64,000 nucleotides of DNA. It comes from Candidatus Binataceae bacterium (GTDB taxonomy: Bacteria; Desulfobacterota; Binatia; Binatales; Binataceae). The stretch lies in NCBI GenBank assembly GCA_035541875.1, contig DATKML010000029.1, positions 5,722 through 69,721 on the forward strand, in the 5' to 3' direction. Under the pieces are notes generated by a model, which saw nothing but the letters and a program-made list of their open reading frames with translations, searched no databases and was not told the DNA's origin. This document shows, in pieces, positions 48,550 through 58,305 of the stretch. How positions within the stretch are numbered: position 1 is the first letter of the stretch; the number at the start of each line of letters is the position of its first letter. The translations under genes were made by a program, and so were the position numbers.

Positions 48550-48660
48550 GGGGATTGCCGCCGCTGATAGCCGGGTCCTGCGCAAGGGAAGGTCGCGAAC
48601 CCCGCCAGGTCCGGAAGGAAGCAACGGTACCGGCTGTCTCCCTGTGCCGCAGGGGTGCCT
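48550..48660 (+). ncRNA. ffs: Signal recognition particle RNA (small bacterial 4.5S type, ffs); boundaries approximate
   Basis: 48605-48623 CCAGGTCCGGAAGGAAGCA matches the universally conserved SRP RNA domain IV (helix 8 GGAA tetraloop region). Lies directly upstream of dnaX-ybaB-recR, the conserved ffs synteny. Confidence 0.7.
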
Positions 48661-48711
48661 GGCTATCATTCGATGTGCAATCACCGCCAATCCGGAAAGG
48701 CTGAACCATCG

Positions 48712-50700
48712 ATGGCCGCGACTCCCGCATCACATCTCGTACTCGCTCGCAAATGGCGTCCCGAACGCTTTGAGGAGTTGGTCGGCCAGGAGCACGTCAC
48801 TCGTACACTGACTCAGGCGCTACGCAGCGGACGAATCGCGCACGCTTTCCTCTTCACCGGAATCCGTGGAGTCGGCAAGACCACCGCGGCCCGGATTCTC
48901 GCGCGATGTCTCAATTGCGAGAAGGGGCCGACTCCTGAGCCCTGCGGAACCTGCGCGGCGTGCACCGAGATTCGCAGCGGGGGCGCGCTCGATACCGTCG
49001 AGATCGACGGCGCGACCTATCGGAAAATCGACGATGCGCGCGCGATTATCGAGAATCTGGGTTATCGACCGGCACGCGATCGCTTCAAGATCTACATTAT
49101 CGACGAGGCTCATCAGCTGACTGATCAAGCCTTCAACGCGCTGCTGAAAACGCTCGAAGAGCCACCGCCGCACGTCAAGTTCATTCTCGCGACAACCGAA
49201 CCGCAGAAGATGCCCGAGACGATTCTCTCACGTCTCCAGCGCTACGATTTTCGCCGTATTCCATTCGCGACTTTGCTCGCGCGACTCAAGCAGCTATCCC
49301 AGCTTGAAAACGCGTCTGCGGACGATGCAGCCTTGAGCCTGCTCGCGCGCGAGGCGGGCGGCAGTATGCGCGATGCGGAGCGGATGCTCGAAACGGCGAT
49401 CGCGTCGCTCGAGGGCAAAGTCAGCGAGGTCGAGGTCGCGTCGATACTTGGTGTCGCGAGTCGGAGCCGCGTAATCGAGATGACTGCGGCCGTGATCGAT
49501 AAAGATGCGGCGAAGGCGCTGACGATCGTGCGCGAGTTGCACCATCGCGGCGCCAACCTCGAATCGCTCGGACGCGATATCCTCGAAGTCCTGCGCAACC
49601 TCGCAGTGGCGAAGCTGCCGGGGGCCGACGGCCCACTGAGTCCGCTGGCTGACCTGCCGGATCAGGAGGCGACCGAACTCAAGCAACTCGCTGCGAAGGC
49701 CAGCCTGCGGGACCTGATGCGCCTGTTTCATTTGCTTGCCGATGCGCAGGAACAGCTGCTGCGCTCGCCGTATCCAGATCTGATTCTCGAAATGGCGTTG
49801 GTGCGAATGGCAACGCTCGCGCCGGTTCTCGACGCCGAGGAACTGTTGCGTGCGATTAACGGCGGAGGCGGAACTGCCGGCGGAAGCAAGAGTAGTGTTC
49901 CTGCCGCCAGCGCTCCCACCTCGTCTGTCGGCGGCGGTCCGATATCGAGCACATTGCCGCCCGTTTCCAATCCGGTGGCGGCTCCGACGAACGCCCCTAC
50001 GGCTCCATTCGAGGGAGTAGGGACGCGGCGGATTCCGATCCGCGGCGAAGTTAAGGCCGAAGCGCCAGCGCGCGGACCAATTTCAGCGATGCTATCGGGT
50101 GGTGCAGGGGGCGAGGTCAAAGCTGACGCGCTCGCCCGGCGACCAATTGCTCCGATCCAATCGGTAGCACCGGCACCGGCTGACGCACCATCGAGTGCCC
50201 CGCGACCAGTCGCCGGTGGCGGGCTATCCGATCTGCGCGATTTTATCCGCGGCAAGCGTGCGGCATTGGCCGGTTTTATGGAGCAGGGCGCCGCGCTGCG
50301 GATGGAAGACGATACTATTTTCGTCGTGCCGAGCAACGACATTTACGTACGTTACCTGAGCGATAACCGGGCGACGATCGCTGAATTGGCGTCGGAGCTG
50401 TACGGTCGACGGATCAAGGTCGAGATGGGCACTGCCGATGCCAACGCTCCGGCAGATGAGCCATCGCCGGCTGCCACTGGATCGTCTGACGTGACGACTG
50501 ATGCAGCCAACGGTAACGGGGCCGGCGGCGGAGCGCCGGTCGTACGGAACGCTGCGGAAGCGCGCGAGGCACTCTACTCCGATCCTGTCGTGCGGCGTAT
50601 CTTTAATGAATTCGAAGCGCGCCTCGTCGAAGTGCGGCAGGGGGCGGCGGAGTCTACGACGCGCGGCCAAAATCAGACTACGACTGACGCAAAGAAATAA
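48712..50700 (+). CDS. dnaX: DNA polymerase III subunit gamma/tau
   Basis: WRPERFEELVGQEHV...GIRGVGKTT (Walker A), IYIIDEAHQL, Zn-module CEKGPTPEPCGTCAAC. Confidence 0.9.
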   Translation: MAATPASHLVLARKWRPERFEELVGQEHVTRTLTQALRSGRIAHAFLFTGIRGVGKTTAARILARCLNCEKGPTPEPCGTCAACTEIRSGGALDTVEIDGATYRKIDDARAIIENLGYRPARDRFKIYIIDEAHQLTDQAFNALLKTLEEPPPHVKFILATTEPQKMPETILSRLQRYDFRRIPFATLLARLKQLSQLENASADDAALSLLAREAGGSMRDAERMLETAIASLEGKVSEVEVASILGVASRSRVIEMTAAVIDKDAAKALTIVRELHHRGANLESLGRDILEVLRNLAVAKLPGADGPLSPLADLPDQEATELKQLAAKASLRDLMRLFHLLADAQEQLLRSPYPDLILEMALVRMATLAPVLDAEELLRAINGGGGTAGGSKSSVPAASAPTSSVGGGPISSTLPPVSNPVAAPTNAPTAPFEGVGTRRIPIRGEVKAEAPARGPISAMLSGGAGGEVKADALARRPIAPIQSVAPAPADAPSSAPRPVAGGGLSDLRDFIRGKRAALAGFMEQGAALRMEDDTIFVVPSNDIYVRYLSDNRATIAELASELYGRRIKVEMGTADANAPADEPSPAATGSSDVTTDAANGNGAGGGAPVVRNAAEAREALYSDPVVRRIFNEFEARLVEVRQGAAESTTRGQNQTTTDAKK

Positions 50701-50730
50701 AGAGCGGTCGTAGTTTCGAGGAATATACTC

Positions 50731-51078
50731 ATGTCAGATTTTACCCCGCCATTTGATCTCGGCGCCCTGATGAAGCAGGCTCAGGCTCTGCAGGATAAAC
50801 TGAAGCAGACTCAGGAGGAGATGGCCGAAAAAACCGTCGAAGCGTCGGCCGGTGGCGGGATGGTTCAGGTTATCGCCGACGGTTCGATGCGTATCCGCAG
50901 TGTCCGGATCGATCCCGCGATGCTTGCGGCGAACGATAAACAGATGCTTGAAGATTTGATCGTCGCCGGTGTCAACGAGGCGCTCCGCCGCGCGCAGGAG
51001 ATGGTAGCGCAGGAGATGAGCAAGCTTTCGCCCCTCGGCGGGATGAATATCCCCGGCTTCCTCGGTGGCCGCGGCTGA
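50731..51078 (+). CDS. ybaB: YbaB/EbfC nucleoid-associated protein
   Basis: GALMKQAQALQDKLKQTQEEMAEKTVEASAGGGMVQV. Confidence 0.9.
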   Translation: MSDFTPPFDLGALMKQAQALQDKLKQTQEEMAEKTVEASAGGGMVQVIADGSMRIRSVRIDPAMLAANDKQMLEDLIVAGVNEALRRAQEMVAQEMSKLSPLGGMNIPGFLGGRG

Positions 51079-51221
51079 CGTTGCGGACGTAAGGTGTGGT
51101 TGTCATCCTGAGCGTAGTGAGCAACGCGAACGGATCTCTGACAGCTTCACGAGCTTCGCTCGAAAAGCAGATACCGGTTTCTTTGGCTCGTGAAGCGCTC
51201 CTTTGAAGATACGACTTAGCG

Positions 51222-51842
51222 ATGGCTGAGAATCTCAAGCGCAACGACGGCCTCCCGCCAGCGATGACACGGCTGGTGAAGGAGCTCTCGCGCTTACCCG
51301 GTATTGGAGAGAAGACGGCCTCCCGCCTCGCCTTCAACCTGCTTAATCGTCCTCGCAACGAGGTGATCGCGCTGGCCGAGGCGCTGCTCGAGATGAAGGA
51401 GCGAGTCGGGCTGTGCTCCGGATGCTTCGGGCTTTCTGACACACCCCAGTGTGCGATCTGCTCGGATCAGGCGCGTGAACAGAGCCTCATCTGCGTCGTT
51501 GAGGGTCCCGCCGACCTGATGGCGATGGAACGGGCGCGCACCTTCAACGGCGTCTATCACGTGCTCCACGGGGCGATCGCGCCGCTCGACGGAATCGGAC
51601 CGGACGATATCAAGATCAAAGAGCTGCTCACGCGGATCGAGGCCGGGATGACCAGCGAGGTGATTATCGCGACCAACGCGACCGTCGAAGGTGAGGCGAC
51701 CGCTCTCTATATCGCCAAAGTTCTGAAGCCGACCGAAGTTAAGGTCAGCCGACTTGCGCGCGGACTACCGGCCGGAGGCGACCTCGAATACAGCGACGCA
51801 GCGACCCTCTCCAGCGCAATCGTCGGTCGCCGCGAGCTCTGA
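51222..51842 (+). CDS. recR: Recombination protein RecR
   Basis: LPGIGEKTASRLAF (HhH), CSGCFGLSDTPQCAICSD (Zn finger), Toprim. Confidence 0.9.
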   Translation: MAENLKRNDGLPPAMTRLVKELSRLPGIGEKTASRLAFNLLNRPRNEVIALAEALLEMKERVGLCSGCFGLSDTPQCAICSDQAREQSLICVVEGPADLMAMERARTFNGVYHVLHGAIAPLDGIGPDDIKIKELLTRIEAGMTSEVIIATNATVEGEATALYIAKVLKPTEVKVSRLARGLPAGGDLEYSDAATLSSAIVGRREL

Positions 51843-52015
51843 CAAACGGGTTTCTAACGATTCCAACAAACAGCAAGCAACCTTGAAAGGTGCGGCGCTG
51901 GGCGATAGCTTTTAGCCGTCTGTTGAAACCATTACAGTCGCGCGCAAGCGCAATACCCTAAACCAATGGCGGAAAGGCCGCCCGAGGCCTATTCCACCAA
52001 AAAGAGGATACGACC

Positions 52016-52600
52016 ATGGCGTTTACACTACCTAATCTGCCTTACGCGATTGATGCACTCGCGCCCCATATATCGAAGGAGACGCTGGAGTTCCATCACG
52101 GGAAGCATCATGCGGCCTATATCAACGTGCTCAACGACGTGATCAAGGGCACTAAGCATGAAAACCAGAGCCTCGAAGAGATCGTGAAGACCGCCGATCC
52201 TGGCCGTCTGTTCAATCAGGCTGCGCAGAGCTGGAATCATGGATTCTACTGGACCTCGATGAAGCCCAATGGCGGCGGCGCGCCGTCCGGCAAACTCGCC
52301 GACGCGATCAACAAGGCATTCGGTGACTTCGACTCCTTCAAGAAGAAGTTCCAGGAGACCGCAGTGGGCCATTTCGGCAGCGGATGGGCGTGGCTCGTGC
52401 AGAACGCCGACGGCTCGCTCGCGATCGATCAGACCCACGATGCCGATTCGCCGATCAAGCACGGCAAGACGGCGCTCATCACCTGCGATGTGTGGGAGCA
52501 CGCCTATTACATCGATTATCGCAATCTGCGCGCGAAGTACGTCGAGACCTTCCTCAACAGTTTGGTGAACTGGGATTTTGCCGCTTCCAACCTGAAGTAG
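52016..52600 (+). CDS. Fe/Mn superoxide dismutase
   Basis: LPYAIDALAPHISKETLEFHHGKHH...DVWEHAYYIDYRN. Confidence 0.9.
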   Translation: MAFTLPNLPYAIDALAPHISKETLEFHHGKHHAAYINVLNDVIKGTKHENQSLEEIVKTADPGRLFNQAAQSWNHGFYWTSMKPNGGGAPSGKLADAINKAFGDFDSFKKKFQETAVGHFGSGWAWLVQNADGSLAIDQTHDADSPIKHGKTALITCDVWEHAYYIDYRNLRAKYVETFLNSLVNWDFAASNLK

Positions 52601-52616
52601 TCTTTGCGTCGAAGGA

Positions 52617-52644
52617 AAAGGGATGGCGTCATCGCCATCCCTTT
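52617..52644. terminator. Terminator hairpin AAAGGGATGGCG-tcat-CGCCATCCCTTT after the SOD gene
   Basis: Perfect 12-bp stem 17 nt past the stop. Confidence 0.55.
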
Positions 52645-52872
52645 AATCGGCAGTCCCATAATGCAGCGCCTCAGCGATCACTCAGAACTGGCAATCTTCA
52701 GTGACGTCATTCTGAGCGAGGCGGCGAATCCCGGCTCCCACCAGAAAAAATGATCGCGATTCTTCGGTCGCAGAACTGCCTCAGAATGACACCTCGGGCT
52801 TGTTCTGTCTGGGACGTAGTTGAGGTTACGGTCCAGTCTCTAGCCTGCCGATGGAGCCGGTTAATCGTCGGC

Positions 52873-53190
52873 ATGTTGTTGGTTCTCCTCTTCGGATGTG
52901 CGAAAGCGCCGACGCCGAGCACTCCGGTCGAAGCTGGACGGCAGGATTTCCTGATTAACTGCTCCTCCTGCCACAATATCAATCCCAACCTCGATGGATC
53001 GCTGGGACCTGCGATCGCAGGGTCGCCTCGAGCTTTAGTCGAGGCGCGCGTGCTGCATCAGGCGTATCCGCCCGGATACAAGCCCAAGCGCGACACCCAT
53101 CTGATGCGGGCACTGCCGTGGCTCGCCCCGGAGATAGATAACATCACGGCGTTTTTGGCCGCGGCCAAGCAGAACCAGAATCAAAAATAA
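52873..53190 (+). CDS. Small mono-heme c-type cytochrome, probable lipoprotein
   Basis: Lipobox LLFGC; CSSCH heme-binding motif; Met ligand region. Confidence 0.65.
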   Translation: MLLVLLFGCAKAPTPSTPVEAGRQDFLINCSSCHNINPNLDGSLGPAIAGSPRALVEARVLHQAYPPGYKPKRDTHLMRALPWLAPEIDNITAFLAAAKQNQNQK

Positions 53191-53278
53191 CGGCGGATTG
53201 CCTTATATCTCGATACAAAAACAAAGCCCGCCGACATCACTGCCGTCGGGCTTTTTCACCTACAACTTTTAGGTTCGA

Positions 53279-53938
53279 TTACTTAGGCTGCGGAACGATA
53301 CGCAGGTAGGGGCGAGGCGCCTTCCATCCCGCGGGATAGATCTTCTTCGCCTCTTCGTCGTTAACCGACCCGGCAATAATCACGTCCTGTCCGGGCTGCC
53401 AATTTACCGGCGTCGCCACCTTGTGCCTCGCGGTGAGCTGGATCGAATCGATTACGCGCAGCACTTCGTCGAAATTGCGGCCCGTGGTCATCGGATAGAC
53501 CAGAATCAACTTGATCTTCTTGTCCGGTCCTACGACGAAGACGTTGCGGACGGTAAGATTGTCGGCTGCGGTCCGCTGCGAGGGGTCGCCCGATGCGCTC
53601 GCCGGAAGCATCCCGTAGAGCTTCGATACCTTGAGGTCAGCGTCGCCGATAATCGGATAGTTCGGCGCGGTGCCCTGAGTTTCTTTGATATCGCTGGCCC
53701 ACTTGGAATGGTTATCGACCGCGTCGACGCTCAGGCCGATAATCTTCACGCCACGCTTGTCGAACTCCGGCTTAATCTGCGCCATGTAGCCGAGTTCAGT
53801 GGTGCAGACCGGGGTGAAATCCTTCGGATGGGAAAACAGGATCGCGTAGGAATCGCCGATCCATTCGTGGAAACGAATCTTGCCTTCGGTGGTCTGGGCC
53901 TCGAAATCAGGGGCCACGTCATTGATTGCTAGAGACAT
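53279..53938 (-). CDS. Peroxiredoxin (1-Cys Prx / Prx6-like, AhpC-TSA family)
   Basis: FTPVCTTE peroxidatic Cys motif. Confidence 0.85.
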   Translation of the reverse strand: MSLAINDVAPDFEAQTTEGKIRFHEWIGDSYAILFSHPKDFTPVCTTELGYMAQIKPEFDKRGVKIIGLSVDAVDNHSKWASDIKETQGTAPNYPIIGDADLKVSKLYGMLPASASGDPSQRTAADNLTVRNVFVVGPDKKIKLILVYPMTTGRNFDEVLRVIDSIQLTARHKVATPVNWQPGQDVIIAGSVNDEEAKKIYPAGWKAPRPYLRIVPQPK

Positions 53939-54088
53939 CGCTCTTTCCTCCAAATCCTGTCTTGCAAGCTAGATGAGGTAGTTTGGCAGTCGTGCACGGA
54001 AAAATAAATGACTTAGATGAGTAATTTGATAATCAATCATCCAGAAAGAAAATTTGGGGCTAGCACACGGGGAGGTGACTAGCCGCTG

Positions 54089-54904
54089 TCAGCCTTTACG
54101 AATCCGTTTCAAATCGGGTTTGCGTTTCTCGATAAACGCGCTGACGTATTCCTTATGCTCGGCGCTCCGACTGCATCGTTCGAGAGCGAAGTTCTCGAAC
54201 TCCATCGCATGTTCGAGCGTGCCATCGAGGCCGTGAAAGATCGCCTTACGAATCATCTCGATTGATAAGGGCGAACCTTCGCCGATCGCGTGGGCGATTT
54301 CGCGCGCCTTGTCCAGCAGCGATCCGACCGGCGTCACCGCACTGACGAGGCCCATCGCGAGGCACTCCTGCGCGGTGTATTGCTTCCCCGTCAGCATCAT
54401 CTCAGCCGCCCGCGACGCGCCGATAAGGCGGGGCAGGAAATAGGTTGAACCCAGCTCAGCCATCAGGCCGACGCGCGCGAAGATAAAGCCGACCTTCGCG
54501 TTCTCAGACATGATCCGGATATCGCACGGCAGGATCATCGTGATGCCAATACCCAGCGCATAACCGTTGATCGCTGCGATCGAAGGCTTGCTCATCGTGC
54601 GGACCAGATTCGGGAACGCGAGCATATCATTCCCGTTGTCGCGCACCGGTCGTCGCGGGACATGTTCCTCGCGAGCCTTGATATCCTCCGCGAAGCCCCC
54701 AATATCCGCCCCGGCGCAGAACGCCCGTTCGCCCGCACCCGTGAGGATGATGGCCCGGACCTCCGGGTCCTGGTCGGCCTCGCGAAAAGCCGCGACCATC
54801 TCACGGCCCATCGTGGCGTTCCACGAGTTCATCTTGTCCGGCCGATTGAGCGTAACGGTCGCGATTCCGTCGGCCGTGTCGTAGAGCAGGGTTGAAAACT
54901 GCAT
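54089..54904 (-). CDS. Enoyl-CoA hydratase/isomerase family protein
   Basis: ATVTLNRPDKMNS...AIILTGAGERAFCAGADI. Confidence 0.85.
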   Translation of the reverse strand: MQFSTLLYDTADGIATVTLNRPDKMNSWNATMGREMVAAFREADQDPEVRAIILTGAGERAFCAGADIGGFAEDIKAREEHVPRRPVRDNGNDMLAFPNLVRTMSKPSIAAINGYALGIGITMILPCDIRIMSENAKVGFIFARVGLMAELGSTYFLPRLIGASRAAEMMLTGKQYTAQECLAMGLVSAVTPVGSLLDKAREIAHAIGEGSPLSIEMIRKAIFHGLDGTLEHAMEFENFALERCSRSAEHKEYVSAFIEKRKPDLKRIRKG

Positions 54905-55135
54905 CGATGATTACGCGCGTTTCTTCTTCTGCTTGCGCGCCTCCCGCACTCTTCCCTTCAACACTTCCTTGCGGCGCTTGCGCCGCCGTTTAATTTCGCG
55001 TTGCCGTTCTGACGCCATAATTGCTTGGTTAAGAAACTCCTTCTCTACACTTTACGAAACCAGAAGAACGGGTTAGCACATCCGATGGACCGTAGCGAGT
55101 CACTAGCGTGCGCTCGGCCTTGGGAGAACTACCGG

Positions 55136-57052
55136 ATGACATCTTCTCGGCTCAAAAAGGCGTATCGGTCCTGGGGGATCGCGGTGGCAAGCGCGATAGC
55201 TGTTATGGCGTTCAACGTGTGCAGGCCGGGCTATCTCGACGCGGCCGCTTCCACCACCGCGGCACCAAATGGCGAGCAGCTCTACACACAGGCCTGCGCT
55301 AAATGCCATAGCAATCCGAAGGTCGTGCGCGCTCCTCAGCTCACGGTCTTGCGCACGCTCGACGCGCAGCAGGTGCTAGACGCCCTCGAGGTCGGTGCGA
55401 TGCGGTTTATCGGCCTACAGCACACTGACCAAGAACGCCGTCTGATCGCCGAATATGTGACCGGCAAAAAGCTGATCCAGCAAGCCGAGGCTGTGAGCGT
55501 AGATCGATGCGTGGATAGCTCGGCCAACTTTGATCCTGCCTCCAGTCCGAAATGGAACGGATGGGGTAACGGGCTCGACAACGCGCGTTTTCAATCCGCC
55601 GCGGCGTCCGGTCTTTCCTCCGATCAAATCGCGAAGCTCGGTGTGAAATGGGCCTTCGGCTTGCCGCAGAACACGACGATTTCGCAACCGACGATCGTCG
55701 GAGGGCGTGTCTTTTTTGGTAGTTCTCGCGGCATGGTCTATGCCCTCGATGCGAAAACCGGATGCCTCTACTGGACGACCAAAATTGGCGCTAGCGTCCG
55801 CAGCGCGACGACCGTCGCACCGCTTCCAGGGTCGAACCCGCCGCGCTACGCCGTGTACTTCGGTGACCTAGGTGCGAGGGCCCACGCTCTCGACGCGACT
55901 ACCGGTGCCGAGATTTGGACCGTGCAGGTCGAGAGTCATCCCGCTGCCCGTATCTCGGGCGCCCCCGCGCTCTATCAGGAGCGGCTCTATGTTCCTGTCT
56001 CTTCGACCGAGGAGGCCGCTATCGATCCGAAGGCCCAATGCTGCACTTTTCGCGGCAGCGTCTCGGCTCTCGATGCTGCGACCGGCAAGAAGATCTGGCA
56101 GGCATACACGATCCAGCAAAAGCCCCATCCGACGCGTAAGACGCAGATGGGTACGCAGCTCTTCGGGCCTGCGGGGGCTGGCATTTGGTCTTCGCCGACG
56201 GTCGATCCGGTGCGCCAGGCCGTTTATGTCACGACTGGCGATAACTATGCCGATCCTGCCAGCAAGACCAGCGACGCAGTTTTGGCTTTCGACCTCACGA
56301 ACGGCAAGCTGCTCTGGTCGCGCCAGTTCACCTCCAACGATGCGTTTACGATCGGATGCGCGATCGGCGATAAGCTTTCGTGTCCGGAAGCGAACGGACC
56401 CGATCTCGATTTCGGCTCCTCCGCGATTCTGCGAGCCCTGCCTAACGGCAAACGCGTGCTACTTGCTGGTCAGAAGTCAGGCGTAATTCACGCCGTCGAT
56501 CCCGACAAAAAGGGCAAGTTGCTGTGGGAAAGACGGCTCGGTCGCGGCGGCGTCCTCGGCGGTATCCAATGGGGGCCTGCCGCCGATGACGATACAGTTT
56601 ACGTCGCGATATCGGATATCGAAACGAAGATCCATCAGGACCCCGACATCGGGATGACCACGGCGCTGGATAATCAGAAGGGTGGCGGCCTCTACGCTCT
56701 GGATATCGCGACCGGTAAACAGCGCTGGATGAAACCTCCTGCCGGATGCGGCGGACGCGACCACTGCAGCCCGGCGCAATCGGCGGCCGTGACCGCGATG
56801 CCCGGGATGGTCTTTTCCGGGTCTGTGGATGGACACCTGCGTGCCTACTCAACTCAGGAAGGCAAGGTCATCCTCGACTTTAACTCAGCGCAGGATTTTC
56901 CGACGGTCAATAAGGTTTCGGCTAAAGGTGGTTCCATCGATGGCCCGGGTGCGACCATCGCCGGCGGGATGCTCTACATGAGTTCAGGTTACAGCCTGTG
57001 GGGCGGCCTGCCCGGCAACGTCCTGCTCGGCATGTCCCCGGAAGGGAAGTAG
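55136..57052 (+). CDS. N-terminal c-type cytochrome domain fused to a PQQ-like beta-propeller repeat domain (putative quinoprotein dehydrogenase)
   Basis: CAKCHSNP heme motif after the signal peptide; at least 7 PQQ/BamB-type repeats (VYALDAKTGCLYWT, AHALDATTGAEIWT, VSALDAATGKKIWQ, LAFDLTNGKLLWS, IHAVDPDKKGKLLWE, LYALDIATGKQRWM, LRAYSTQEGKVILD). Confidence 0.75.
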   Translation: MTSSRLKKAYRSWGIAVASAIAVMAFNVCRPGYLDAAASTTAAPNGEQLYTQACAKCHSNPKVVRAPQLTVLRTLDAQQVLDALEVGAMRFIGLQHTDQERRLIAEYVTGKKLIQQAEAVSVDRCVDSSANFDPASSPKWNGWGNGLDNARFQSAAASGLSSDQIAKLGVKWAFGLPQNTTISQPTIVGGRVFFGSSRGMVYALDAKTGCLYWTTKIGASVRSATTVAPLPGSNPPRYAVYFGDLGARAHALDATTGAEIWTVQVESHPAARISGAPALYQERLYVPVSSTEEAAIDPKAQCCTFRGSVSALDAATGKKIWQAYTIQQKPHPTRKTQMGTQLFGPAGAGIWSSPTVDPVRQAVYVTTGDNYADPASKTSDAVLAFDLTNGKLLWSRQFTSNDAFTIGCAIGDKLSCPEANGPDLDFGSSAILRALPNGKRVLLAGQKSGVIHAVDPDKKGKLLWERRLGRGGVLGGIQWGPAADDDTVYVAISDIETKIHQDPDIGMTTALDNQKGGGLYALDIATGKQRWMKPPAGCGGRDHCSPAQSAAVTAMPGMVFSGSVDGHLRAYSTQEGKVILDFNSAQDFPTVNKVSAKGGSIDGPGATIAGGMLYMSSGYSLWGGLPGNVLLGMSPEGK

Positions 57053-57087
57053 AAGAGTGCGTCGGAGTTGACTCCGACGCACTCTTC

Positions 57088-57738
57088 TCAAATTTTCTGC
57101 TTGGTCTTGTGCCAGTCCGCGAGGAAGCTTTCGAGGCCGATATCCGTCAGCGGATGATAGAGCATCTGCTTGATAATCGAAGGTGGCAGCGTTGCGACGT
57201 GAGCGCCCGTGTCGGCGGCGCGCAGCAGATGCGCAGGCGAACGAATCGACGCGACCAGCACCTCTGTCGGATATTCATAGTTCTTGAAGATCCGCACCAT
57301 CTGCTGGACCATCCCGAAGCCGTCCTTGCCGATATCATCGAGACGACCCACAAAAGGCGAGACGTAAGCAGCCCCACATTTAGCCGCGGCTAATGCCTGC
57401 AGTGGGCTAAAAATCAACGTAGTGTTGATCCTGATGCCGCGAGCGCTGAGCGCCTTTGTCGCCTTCAAGCCTTCCACTGTGAGTGGGCACTTGACCACGA
57501 TATTGCGATTAATCTTGGCGAGTTTTTGGCCCTCCTCGCACATCGCAGCCGCTTCGGTAGCGACGACCTCGACGCTGATGGGGCCGTCGATAATGTCGCA
57601 GATCTCCCGCAGCACCTCGGCGTAGGGCCGTCCCGTCTTGGCCATCAGGCTCGGATTGGTTGTGACCCCATCGGCGAGTCCCAGGCTAACTACTTCGCGG
57701 ATTTCGCTCACATCGGCGGAATCGACGAAAAATTTCAT
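57088..57738 (-). CDS. tal: Transaldolase / fructose-6-phosphate aldolase (short Tal/Fsa type)
   Basis: [15 protein letters not shown]...GVTTNPSL...KCPLTVEG. Confidence 0.85.
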   Translation of the reverse strand: MKFFVDSADVSEIREVVSLGLADGVTTNPSLMAKTGRPYAEVLREICDIIDGPISVEVVATEAAAMCEEGQKLAKINRNIVVKCPLTVEGLKATKALSARGIRINTTLIFSPLQALAAAKCGAAYVSPFVGRLDDIGKDGFGMVQQMVRIFKNYEYPTEVLVASIRSPAHLLRAADTGAHVATLPPSIIKQMLYHPLTDIGLESFLADWHKTKQKI

Positions 57739-58295
57739 CGTACGGACACCTCTCGCTTAGCACCCTGCGGGCGGAGCACCTCGGCGCGCGCCAGGCTGAC
57801 GCGATGAGGGGACTTAAGCTCGACCAGCATCTCGGAGATCGTTTTGTTAGTTTTCGGATGAATCAGCATCGGCGCCAGCTCGACCATCGGGGCGAGCACA
57901 AAGCGCCGCTCATGAAGCCGCGGATGCGGAACCGTAAGTGACGGAGTGTTGATCACTTCCTTGTTGAAAAGCAGGAGATCGAGATCGATAGTTCGCGGCG
58001 TGTAACCGGTGGTTTTGCGAGGTGGCTTCCGCGCAGCGGGGCGCTTACGGCCCATCGCACGCTCGATGGCCAGCAGACGACGCATCAGCGCGTCCGCGGG
58101 CATTTCAGTCTCAAGTTCCACCACTAAATTCAGAAAAGAACCCTTGAGTTCGCCGACCGGCTCCGTTTCGTACACCGAAGATTGGCGCACGATCCTTGTA
58201 TCGGGCAGGTCTGCGAGACGTTGCAGCGCCTGCCGATAATTGGCGGCTCTATCGCCCAGGTTGGTTCCTATTCCAATAAAAGCCCGATTGGGCAT
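57735..58295 (-). CDS. folK: 2-amino-4-hydroxy-6-hydroxymethyldihydropteridine diphosphokinase (HPPK)
   Basis: [12 protein letters not shown]...YETEPVG...RTIDLDLLL. Confidence 0.85.
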   Translation of the reverse strand: MPNRAFIGIGTNLGDRAANYRQALQRLADLPDTRIVRQSSVYETEPVGELKGSFLNLVVELETEMPADALMRRLLAIERAMGRKRPAARKPPRKTTGYTPRTIDLDLLLFNKEVINTPSLTVPHPRLHERRFVLAPMVELAPMLIHPKTNKTISEMLVELKSPHRVSLARAEVLRPQGAKREVSVR

Positions 58296-58305
58296 TCTCC
58301 GTTGT

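Noticed and set aside
48712-50700. Programmed -1 ribosomal frameshift site in dnaX (gamma subunit)
   Set aside because: No A-AAA-AAG-type slippery heptamer was seen by eye in the gene; not claimed.
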